Assembly: GCA_050633505.1 (NCBI GenBank)
Contig: JBOEGQ010000007.1
Coordinates: 13,921 to 77,920, forward strand
Origin: Alphaproteobacteria bacterium
Lineage (GTDB): Bacteria; Pseudomonadota; Alphaproteobacteria; Micavibrionales; Micavibrionaceae
DNA length: 64,000 nt
Direction: 5' to 3'
The notes under the pieces are model-generated. The model saw nothing but the letters and a program-made list of their open reading frames with translations, made no database searches and had not been told where the DNA came from. The stretch's first letter is position 1. The number at the start of each line of letters is the position of its first letter. Positions 11,401 through 19,679 of this stretch are shown in pieces. The translations under genes were made by a program, and so were the position numbers.

Positions 11401-11859
11401 TTATTCACTTTCCAGATTCTGACCGTAAACCATAACCATCGCACCAATCAGGACTAAAGCACCACCACAAAATGTCATCAGGTTTAGGTGCTTAATCCCA
11501 AATAACAAGAAACCAAATGCCATCGTGAAAAGTGGATAAGACGTTTCCGCAAGCGCAGTATAAAGCGCAGAAACATTCTTAATTGCGTAAATGGATGCAA
11601 TCCACCCTATTGTCGGCGCAATTGAGGCAATCATTACCATTGCAAAAACAGGCCAATTCCCCACGATACCGGAAAAGTCTATCCCCTCTCCCTTCAAAAA
11701 CACAAGAGGCAACACAAAAGCCAAACCTGTTAACATATTCAGCACCATAAAACTCGCAGGATTTATATGAATACCCGCAACCTTTTCAAGCAAAACATAA
11801 CCAAGCCCATACATCATTGATGCCATAAAAGGCAGCAAAAGAAAGAATGTTGTATGCAT
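11401..11859 (-). CDS. single-EamA-domain (DMT superfamily) membrane protein
   Basis: 152 aa with five TM helices and a Gly-rich last helix (CGGALVLIGAMVMVYG), as in EamA repeats. Confidence 0.6.
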   Translation of the reverse strand: MHTTFFLLLPFMASMMYGLGYVLLEKVAGIHINPASFMVLNMLTGLAFVLPLVFLKGEGIDFSGIVGNWPVFAMVMIASIAPTIGWIASIYAIKNVSALYTALAETSYPLFTMAFGFLLFGIKHLNLMTFCGGALVLIGAMVMVYGQNLESE

Positions 11860-11869
11860 CGTAACCCCT

Positions 11870-14305
11870 TTAGTTCCTAAGCGGTTTACCAGTGCTCAAC
11901 ATATGTTCAATTCGATCAAGCGTACCATCATAGCGCAGCAATTTCATAAACTCTGCCAGTTCCAGCTTCAAGAATTCATCTTCAGACAGGCCTTCCGTAT
12001 AATCCTTATCACCACCGGAAAGCACCCGCGCCAAATGATCCGACACAACAACATCATGTGGCGTTGCCTTACCGGATTTTCTTAAGTCAGAGACAGCCAG
12101 ATCAAGAGCCATTTTTGCCCCCGCACCGCCAACATGAATATTTTCACATTTTTCAGGTACGACATATTCATCCACCATATGAAGCGCCCTTTGCTTTGCA
12201 TCATAAAGCAAACGATCACGATTCATGGTAATACCATCTGTCTCACGCAAATAACCAATATCAACGGCCTCATATGCCGATTTTGCCACAGCTGCCAGCC
12301 CAATTGTCTCAAATGCTTTGCGCACCGCACCAACAGGTGTCGTATCGGGAGAGAACCAGATGTTATCTTTACCAATCTTGTTCATGTCTTGTGCAAATTT
12401 TACACGCTCACGCTCTTGGAAACGTAGGATCATCTCCTTACACCCGCCCCAACCGGGGATAATACCGACACCAACCTCAACCAGACCGCAATAGGTCTCC
12501 GCATGCGCCTGAACGGCGTTAGATGCCAAGAGAATCTCACACCCCCCACCAAGCGCCATACCACTGGGAGCGCTAACAACAGGGAAATCTGAAAACTTCA
12601 GATCCATAAACACCTTCTGCCCACGTGCAACGAACCCTTCAACCTGCGGCCACATGGCGAGATTAATCATAAAGACCGCCAAACCCAGATTGGCACCGGC
12701 AGAGAAATGAGATGCTTCATTATAAACCACAAGAGCTTTATACTCATCCGATTTCGAAATCAGCTTGTTTGTATTTTCTAAAAGATTGAAAATATCCTCA
12801 TCAAAAGTATTCATCTTTGATGTTTTTTCAAAACATAAAACACCATCGCCGATATCCCACACATTAGCGGAGCCATTTTTCAGCACAGGCACAGAGGTTC
12901 GCTTTACATCGCGCAGCAATAACACACCATCGGGGCGCATAACATCATGATACTGGCCATCTGTCCCGAAATATTGCCTCTTTCCGTTTTCAATACGATA
13001 GAAGGTCCCCGCGCCGACCTTTTCAAGGATTGCCGGCACCTCTACCCCCGCCTTTTCCAAAGCAGATTTAAACCATGCAGGACCATTGAGAATATTATCC
13101 CCCAGTGCATCAATCATCTCAAACGGGCCAAATTTCCAGTTGTAACCCAGCTTCATCCCTTCATCTATATCGTGAATTGTATCCGCGATTTCCCCGACAA
13201 GCTGCGCAGCATAAGAAAGGGTTTGCTTTAATACTTCCCAGGCATAGTGACCACCCGCATCATCCGTTGTCACAACCGCGCGTAAACCTTTGCGCCCTGC
13301 ATCAACACTCTTCAACTTCGGTTTATTCGCCTTGGCGTACCGGGCTTCTTCAAATTGATCTGCGTTTAAGGATAGAGCCTGCTTTTCCTTCACCCCTTTT
13401 GGTGCATCAGGATTAAGGCGATAAAATCCACCTTTACCTTTACGCCCCGTATATCCCGCCCCAATCATGCCATGGACAAATTGGTAATCGACAAAAACAT
13501 CACGGTAATCATCTTTTTCAGGCAGTGTAGAGAGTAAGCTTTCCGATAATTTTGGCATCAAATCAACACCGACCAAATCAATCAATCCAAAAACACCTGT
13601 CTTTGGAATACCACAAGGCCTGCTCATAACCGCATCGGCCACTTCAATAGGAACACCTTGCTTAATGGCTTCGTTCACACCAGCTGTAAGCCAAAACACA
13701 CCCAAACGGTTCGCAATAAAACCCGGCGTATCGTGACAAACAACAACGCCCTTCCCCAATCGTTCATCACAAAATGCACGCACAACATCAACTGCATCTT
13801 GTCTCGTCTGCTCACCAACAACCAATTCCAAAAGACGCATATAACGCGGAGGATTGAAAAAATGTGTAATCATGAAGTCCTGCTTGAAATCATCAGGCTG
13901 TCCTTCAACTAATTTATGCAACGGTATGGTCGAGGTATTAGAGGAGATTATTGCCCCCTTTTTCATATGAGCACGAAGCGTTTCGTATGTTTTGTGTTTG
14001 ATCGAAAGATCCTCCACAACCACCTCAATGATCCAGTCACATGACCCGAGTTCATCAAGGTCATCTTCAAGATTTCCGCAGGTTACAAGCTTTGCATTGC
14101 ACTTCCTCATAAATGCCGCAGGTTCCGCCTTTAACATCTTTTGAACCGCACCTTCTGCAAATGCATTTCTGTTACCACCAAACTCTTCGGGCTTGGGCGG
14201 CACAATATCTAATAATACAACGGGCAGTCCCGCATTCGCAATTTGCGCCGCGATACCACTACCCATTACACCTGCACCAATTACAGCAACTTTATTTATC
14301 GTCAT
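11870..14305 (-). CDS. fused 3-hydroxyacyl-CoA dehydrogenase / enoyl-CoA hydratase
   Basis: N-terminal Rossmann motif VAVIGAGVMGSGIA (3HCDH) and a C-terminal crotonase-like region (..HFSAGANLG..). The start is set at the ATG (MTINK) after AGAGGG. Confidence 0.93.
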   Translation of the reverse strand: MTINKVAVIGAGVMGSGIAAQIANAGLPVVLLDIVPPKPEEFGGNRNAFAEGAVQKMLKAEPAAFMRKCNAKLVTCGNLEDDLDELGSCDWIIEVVVEDLSIKHKTYETLRAHMKKGAIISSNTSTIPLHKLVEGQPDDFKQDFMITHFFNPPRYMRLLELVVGEQTRQDAVDVVRAFCDERLGKGVVVCHDTPGFIANRLGVFWLTAGVNEAIKQGVPIEVADAVMSRPCGIPKTGVFGLIDLVGVDLMPKLSESLLSTLPEKDDYRDVFVDYQFVHGMIGAGYTGRKGKGGFYRLNPDAPKGVKEKQALSLNADQFEEARYAKANKPKLKSVDAGRKGLRAVVTTDDAGGHYAWEVLKQTLSYAAQLVGEIADTIHDIDEGMKLGYNWKFGPFEMIDALGDNILNGPAWFKSALEKAGVEVPAILEKVGAGTFYRIENGKRQYFGTDGQYHDVMRPDGVLLLRDVKRTSVPVLKNGSANVWDIGDGVLCFEKTSKMNTFDEDIFNLLENTNKLISKSDEYKALVVYNEASHFSAGANLGLAVFMINLAMWPQVEGFVARGQKVFMDLKFSDFPVVSAPSGMALGGGCEILLASNAVQAHAETYCGLVEVGVGIIPGWGGCKEMILRFQERERVKFAQDMNKIGKDNIWFSPDTTPVGAVRKAFETIGLAAVAKSAYEAVDIGYLRETDGITMNRDRLLYDAKQRALHMVDEYVVPEKCENIHVGGAGAKMALDLAVSDLRKSGKATPHDVVVSDHLARVLSGGDKDYTEGLSEDEFLKLELAEFMKLLRYDGTLDRIEHMLSTGKPLRN

Positions 14306-14358
14306 TCCCAATACCCTCTTTGTAAAAACATTTCGTATTCAAACGCACAACATTCAAA

Positions 14359-14748
14359 TCACCAAACCTGAAAGTCATATGGTATTTCTTCCGCCTTCAG
14401 AACGTCTTGAACTTGAAAAATCATCTTATCCTGCCCCTTAAAAGCAGCATGCATAATGTCCGAAATCACACCATTCGTCAGATCAGATGTTGCAAAATCA
14501 AGTGACTTTTGTGCACATACCGCCGTTAAGAAATCTGCGATGTGTTCACGTTTTATAATCACATAATGTTCAAGGTCATCATCGTGCCAAGTCTTCTTAA
14601 GAATTTCACCCATCTCAAAATCCGTAATAACAAGTGCGTCAGGCTTAATCTCAAACCCGACCCAATACGTCATGAGGTCGCTCTCTTTCTTATAGAGCCA
14701 CGTTGTACGCTCAACACATTCAGATCCGCCTTGTCCGACAGTCCCCAT
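14359..14748 (-). CDS. hypothetical protein embedded between thiolase and dehydrogenase genes
   Basis: 129-aa ORF whose ATG lies 3 nt after the thiolase stop. I recognise no family. The alternative start MTYWVGF would give 103 aa. Confidence 0.5.
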   Translation of the reverse strand: MGTVGQGGSECVERTTWLYKKESDLMTYWVGFEIKPDALVITDFEMGEILKKTWHDDDLEHYVIIKREHIADFLTAVCAQKSLDFATSDLTNGVISDIMHAAFKGQDKMIFQVQDVLKAEEIPYDFQVW

Positions 14749-14751
14749 ATT

Positions 14752-15879
14752 CTAAATCGCCTCCAGAATTGTCGCCACACCCTGACCGCCACCAATACAC
14801 ATTGTGGCCAAGGCATATTTTTTGCCTTCACGTTTTAGAAGACTTGCCGCCTTCCCCGTAATACGCGCGCCGGACGTTCCCAAAGGATGACCCAAAGCAA
14901 TCGCACCGCCATCAAGATTAACTTTATTGATATCCGCACCCAACTCCTTCACAACAGATAGGCCTTGCGCGGCGAATGCTTCGTTCAGCTCTATAATATC
15001 AATATCATCAAGTTTAAGCCCTGCGCGCTCTAACGCTTTATGGGTTGCCGGAACCGGGCCAATTCCCATTATCTCTGCAGCGCATCCTGCGACAGCCACC
15101 GATTTTATACGCGCAATCTTTTCAAGGCCGTTCTTATCAGCATATTCCTCAGAAGCCACAAGAACCGCCGCACTACCATCTGTTAACGGAGAGGAGGTCG
15201 CCGCAGTGACTGTTCCATCGCTCAAAAATGCTGGCTTTAATGTTGCAAGTTTCTCAACCGAGCTATCAGGGCGAATTGTGCCATCTGACGTGACCTCACC
15301 AATCGGTACGATTTCATCATCAAACTTCCCACCTTGCGCGGCTGCTGCTGCCTTTTTGTGAGAATTTACGGCAAACTCTTCTTGCGAAGAGCGATCAATA
15401 TCATATTTTTTTGCCAGATTCTCAGCCGTCTCCCCCATCCCTATATAGGCCTGCGGGTATTTATCAAAAATAGCCGGATTAGGCATCGGGTTAAATCCGC
15501 CCATAGGAATCCGGCTCATGCTTTCAACACCTGCAGCAATAAACACCTCACCGGCATCCATTTGGATCATGCCTGCGGCTGTATGAATTGTACTCATTGA
15601 AGAGCCACAGAAACGATTTAACGTGGCACCCGCTACACTTGCAGGTAAACCGGCATGCCCCGCGACAAGCTTGGCAATGTTAAAGCCCTGCTCCGCCTCA
15701 GGGAAAGCACACCCCATCAAAAGATCCTCAATATCCTCAGCGTTCACGCCGCTACTTTCGACCAAAGCCTTCACAACCGTAGCCGCCATATCATCAGGAC
15801 GAACCTTCGCCAGAAGACCTTTGCCAGCAAAGTGCATTGGTGAACGTTTAAAGCCGCATATAACCACTGATTTTTGCAT
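14752..15879 (-). CDS. fadA: acetyl-CoA C-acyltransferase (thiolase)
   Basis: Active-site Cys context NRFCGSSM, C-terminal CIGGGQG and GHPLGTSGAR motifs. Confidence 0.95.
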   Translation of the reverse strand: MQKSVVICGFKRSPMHFAGKGLLAKVRPDDMAATVVKALVESSGVNAEDIEDLLMGCAFPEAEQGFNIAKLVAGHAGLPASVAGATLNRFCGSSMSTIHTAAGMIQMDAGEVFIAAGVESMSRIPMGGFNPMPNPAIFDKYPQAYIGMGETAENLAKKYDIDRSSQEEFAVNSHKKAAAAAQGGKFDDEIVPIGEVTSDGTIRPDSSVEKLATLKPAFLSDGTVTAATSSPLTDGSAAVLVASEEYADKNGLEKIARIKSVAVAGCAAEIMGIGPVPATHKALERAGLKLDDIDIIELNEAFAAQGLSVVKELGADINKVNLDGGAIALGHPLGTSGARITGKAASLLKREGKKYALATMCIGGGQGVATILEAI

Positions 15880-16067
15880 AATATTCCCCTTTATTTATGA
15901 CCGGATATGAACCCCTAAGATCCATCGTACAATGAATGTTAATTCAGGTCTATATCCTTCCAGTAAGGGAATATTATAGAAGACAATTCTTATCATCTTC
16001 TTTACGATTGACAGAAAGAGAAAAATAATGCAGTTGAAAGGAAATAATAACAACCGGATGGAGTATA

Positions 16068-16475
16068 ATGGTGAGTACAGCATCGAGCCCTATGGGACTT
16101 AAAAGAATTTGTACAGGATGTGGCGCACGTTTTTTCGACATGAACAAACGCCCGATTGTATGCCCGACTTGTAATACAGAATTTACAGGCGAAATCAAAA
16201 TGAAGAGCAGGCGCGGACGCGCTACTGCGGAGGCCCCTCCGAAAAAAGAGGTGAAAGCCGTAGAAACAGTCGAAAGTGACGATGATGTTACCGAAGAAGA
16301 TACAGGGGTAGAAGTCGTAAGTTTGGACGATGCAGAAGCCGTTGAAAAGGGCGATTCAGAAGCTCCGGCTTTAGAAGAAGATGAAAATCTTGAGAATATT
16401 CCTGACTTCGACGATGAACTCGAAGAAGAACTGGATGTTGAAGATGATGTCCTTCTTGATGAAGAAGACACCTAA
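16068..16475 (+). CDS. FYDLN_acid (TIGR02300) family zinc-ribbon protein with acidic tail
   Basis: GLKRICTGCGARFFDMNKRPIVCPTCNTEF followed by a long Asp/Glu-rich tail. Confidence 0.8.
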   Translation: MVSTASSPMGLKRICTGCGARFFDMNKRPIVCPTCNTEFTGEIKMKSRRGRATAEAPPKKEVKAVETVESDDDVTEEDTGVEVVSLDDAEAVEKGDSEAPALEEDENLENIPDFDDELEEELDVEDDVLLDEEDT

Positions 16476-16504
16476 TCCACATAAAAATTTTAATAAGAGG
16501 GGCT

Positions 16505-17464
16505 ATGCCATATAGCCCCTTTTTATATTCTGCTAAACGCCGGAAAGGCATAATTTTGCACACCATCCGTTTTCACGTACAAAAAAGCTTACCTGACGAC
16601 ACTGCCTTTTCCTTGGCAGAATCCCTTATTGATGTAGCCATTTCCAGTTCAGCCCTAAGAGAAGACCGCAAACACAACAAACCATGGATATTGGAATGGC
16701 TTGTTGAAGACCATATTGAAAAAGAGCATGTAATCTCGCGCATATCTGTTCACATGGCCGCACATAACATCACGGATATTGACGTAACGGCAGAACAAAT
16801 CGAAATAGAAGAAACCCCGGACGAGAATTGGTTGGAAAAAACCTACCAAGAATTCAAACCCTTTTCCATTGGCCCGTTCTTCATACACGGATCGCATTAT
16901 GAAGGTGACGTGCCAGAGGGGCAAATCCCCCTGAAGGTTGACGCAGCCACCGCATTCGGATCAGGAGAGCACGAAACGACGAAGGGCTGTATGCAGGCAA
17001 TGCTTGACCTCAAAGGTAAAGGTGCATGCCCGTGGAATATTCTGGATATGGGAACTGGTTCAGGCATCCTTGCCCTTGCCGCATGGAAACTCTGGAACAG
17101 CCCAATTCTTGCCGTTGATAATGACCCTGAAAGCGTTCACGTCGCCGCACGCCATGCCCAAATGAATGATGTAAATTTAAGTGCATCTGCCATGACATGC
17201 GATTGTGGTGATGGCTTTAACACCCCCAGCGTTAACAAACAAAAACCTTATGAATTGATCCTTGCCAATATTCTCGCCGGCCCGGTAATTGAGATGGCAC
17301 CCAGCCTTGTGAAGGTTCTGGATGATAACGGTTATTGCATCCTCTCAGGCATGCTGGTCGAACAAGCTGACCTCGTGGCAAGCGCATATGAAGGGGAAGG
17401 TCTGACCCTTAAAAAGCGTTACGATATTGGCGAGTGGTCCACGTTAATCATGCAAAAGCCATAA
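16505..17464 (+). CDS. prmA: ribosomal protein L11 methyltransferase
   Basis: FGSGEHETTKGC and the SAM-binding motif ILDMGTGSGILA, with overall PrmA layout. The true start may lie downstream of 16505. Confidence 0.85.
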   Translation: MPYSPFLYSAKRRKGIILHTIRFHVQKSLPDDTAFSLAESLIDVAISSSALREDRKHNKPWILEWLVEDHIEKEHVISRISVHMAAHNITDIDVTAEQIEIEETPDENWLEKTYQEFKPFSIGPFFIHGSHYEGDVPEGQIPLKVDAATAFGSGEHETTKGCMQAMLDLKGKGACPWNILDMGTGSGILALAAWKLWNSPILAVDNDPESVHVAARHAQMNDVNLSASAMTCDCGDGFNTPSVNKQKPYELILANILAGPVIEMAPSLVKVLDDNGYCILSGMLVEQADLVASAYEGEGLTLKKRYDIGEWSTLIMQKP

Positions 17465-17478
17465 GCGTCCCCACCTAA

Positions 17479-18021
17479 TCAAGCCCATTTTTTATTTGCA
17501 CCTGTATCAAGCGGCAAAAGAGACTTTTGAAGCTCTCGCAAGAAGGCTTCTTGCTTTTCAGATCGTTGCTCTTCACACTGCAAAATTTCAAGAATAAGCT
17601 CATATGCAGACTCTCTTTGCTCTGCATTAAACTGATTGGCACTTGGTGCCAAAAACTTTTTCAAATTTTCAATAATTTTATCTTCATCATTTTGCATTAA
17701 AAAACTACAGGAAGATAACAACTCAGTCGCACGGGAATCTGACAAAGAAAACTCTGACACAAACAAGTTTTGCATCCGCACCTTTTGCTCTCGCGAAATA
17801 TCGCCTGATGCTCTCGCCATAGTGTACATCAAAAGGGCAGTAGCCTCCATTGGATTGGATATTTTGTATATTGGATCAGCCGCATATTTTTTATTCCAAT
17901 TACGACGACGCTTCCACGCAAACGGATTAAGCCAACCAAAATCAATACCAGATCGGCTCAGCTTATTCAGATAAAAAAGGATCGTAACAACCGCCCCTAA
18001 AATCGCCAACAATACGTGCAT
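17479..18021 (-). CDS. membrane-anchored TerB-like (DjlA N-terminal-like) domain protein
   Basis: 180 aa with an N-terminal TM helix, then a helical domain with the TerB-like pattern (A..L...A.ASGDIS..Q...M...F). Confidence 0.55.
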   Translation of the reverse strand: MHVLLAILGAVVTILFYLNKLSRSGIDFGWLNPFAWKRRRNWNKKYAADPIYKISNPMEATALLMYTMARASGDISREQKVRMQNLFVSEFSLSDSRATELLSSCSFLMQNDEDKIIENLKKFLAPSANQFNAEQRESAYELILEILQCEEQRSEKQEAFLRELQKSLLPLDTGANKKWA

Positions 18022-18094
18022 TACACTACCCTTTCACTTAAGAGCGAACGTAACATACGATGTGATGCCACACAACCAAAGAATGCGACAACCC

Positions 18095-18838
18095 TTAACC
18101 CACAATCTGCACCAGCTCATCATTGCTCAATGCACGCCATTTGCCCTTTTCCAGATCACCAAGAAGAAGGTTTCCCGTTTGAAAACGGTGTAGTGTCACA
18201 ACTTCATTCCCAAGCTTATCAAACATACGGCGGATTTGACGATTACGTCCTTCGTGTAAAATCATGACGCCTTCGCGCGCACCTTCCGACGTCCATTGTG
18301 CGGGTTTTAGTGGTTTTTCCTCACATGGCAAAGTGAATTCACCTGATGCAAATAAATCACCCTCATCCCCCTTTAAATCATCACGTAACGTTACACGGTA
18401 ATGTTTGGAGGCGTGGCTTTTCGGATGTGTAATACGGTGAAGCAGATCTCCATCATCGGTCAGGAGCAACTGCCCCGTACTATATTTATCCAAACGCCCA
18501 ACCATAGAGAGCGGAATCTTGCGCCGTGCGAATTGCTCAGGCAGCAAATCATAGACAATTTCCGCAGGATCTTTGTGCGAACACGTATAACCCGCAGGCT
18601 TATTCAACATAATTGTAAAAGGAGTAAGCGGGTCTAGTGCTTTGCCGTCCAAGGTTACACGCCCCTGCCTCACCCAATCCAGATCAACATTTAAGGATGG
18701 GTTGGTTACTCGCTCTCCATCGATATCAATCCATTCATTTTTAACGGCCATCGCCATTTCTTTACGACCGCCATACCCCAAATTGGATAGCAAACGATCA
18801 AGACGCATTGATTTCGGAAGTGCTTTTTCTTTTCCCAT
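18095..18838 (-). CDS. S4-domain pseudouridine synthase (RsuA/RluB family)
   Basis: S4 RNA-binding N-terminus MRLDRLLSNLGYGGRKE, the catalytic motif GRLDKYSTGQLLLTDDG, and HGRNRQIRRMF. Confidence 0.9.
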   Translation of the reverse strand: MGKEKALPKSMRLDRLLSNLGYGGRKEMAMAVKNEWIDIDGERVTNPSLNVDLDWVRQGRVTLDGKALDPLTPFTIMLNKPAGYTCSHKDPAEIVYDLLPEQFARRKIPLSMVGRLDKYSTGQLLLTDDGDLLHRITHPKSHASKHYRVTLRDDLKGDEGDLFASGEFTLPCEEKPLKPAQWTSEGAREGVMILHEGRNRQIRRMFDKLGNEVVTLHRFQTGNLLLGDLEKGKWRALSNDELVQIVG

Positions 18839-18960
18839 ATATCTCTTATCTTTCCTAAATAAGGCTAACCCATTGATGAGGTTTTTCAGTTTATCCTACA
18901 ATCCAATGGCAAAGTACAGTATAAAGCAACTTTACGTCATTAATCATTAGGGTATATATC

Positions 18961-19548
18961 ATGCGCGGCCTTCACTTTCTTTTCTCTGTATTTATGCTTT
19001 TCGGATTTTCTTATCCGGCAATAGCAGCCGATGAAATCACCGATTTTCTTCAGGAGAAAATCGAAGGCGTAGCCCTAAGCATGACCGTACAAGAAGCAAA
19101 AACAGAGCTTAAAAAGCGTGGGTATACACCTGTCGGGGAAATTGAAAATCATGAGTATATAAACGGAGCTCAGCATACATATCGGTTCCAAAAGGATGGG
19201 AAATATAAGGTCGCCATAACAACTGCTCGCACGTACAAGGATGCATCAGCTCCCTTAACACGCAACCTCTCAGATATATCGTATAAAGAAGATATCCCTA
19301 AAATCGTTGACATATATAATCCCCAAACACATTATGTTTGCCCAAAGGTTATTGCGCAATATAAGAGGTTCTGCCCTCAAGCAGGTGAGCAATCCTGTCA
19401 GTTTGATTCAAACGTACGAATATATAGCCATAACTACCATATCCGACACCATCCTGATGATAAATTTATGCTTGAGGCCAATGCGCAGGTCAATCAGCGA
19501 TGCGGTATTATGCTGATGCGTAAATCTCCTTATCGCCCTCAACTATAG
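18961..19548 (+). CDS. secreted hypothetical protein
   Basis: 195 aa with a signal peptide ending AIAA. I recognise no family. Confidence 0.5.
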   Translation: MRGLHFLFSVFMLFGFSYPAIAADEITDFLQEKIEGVALSMTVQEAKTELKKRGYTPVGEIENHEYINGAQHTYRFQKDGKYKVAITTARTYKDASAPLTRNLSDISYKEDIPKIVDIYNPQTHYVCPKVIAQYKRFCPQAGEQSCQFDSNVRIYSHNYHIRHHPDDKFMLEANAQVNQRCGIMLMRKSPYRPQL

Positions 19549-19679
19549 TATGAAAAACACAAATACAAAATTCGGCTCCCCTCCTTTATTAACTTGCGAA
19601 GAATTTCTTTTCCCATGAATTTTTTATCGTTCTTGCGAGATCGCTGGACTCTGTTCCGGCCTTGCGTCACTTTACCTCT

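Noticed and set aside
15974-16471. 165-aa Ser-rich ORF on the minus strand (SSSSRRTSSSTSSSSSSSSS...)
   Set aside because: It is the antisense reading of the GAA/GAT-rich acidic tail of the FYDLN_acid gene (16068..16475). The poly-Ser is a compositional mirror image, not a gene.
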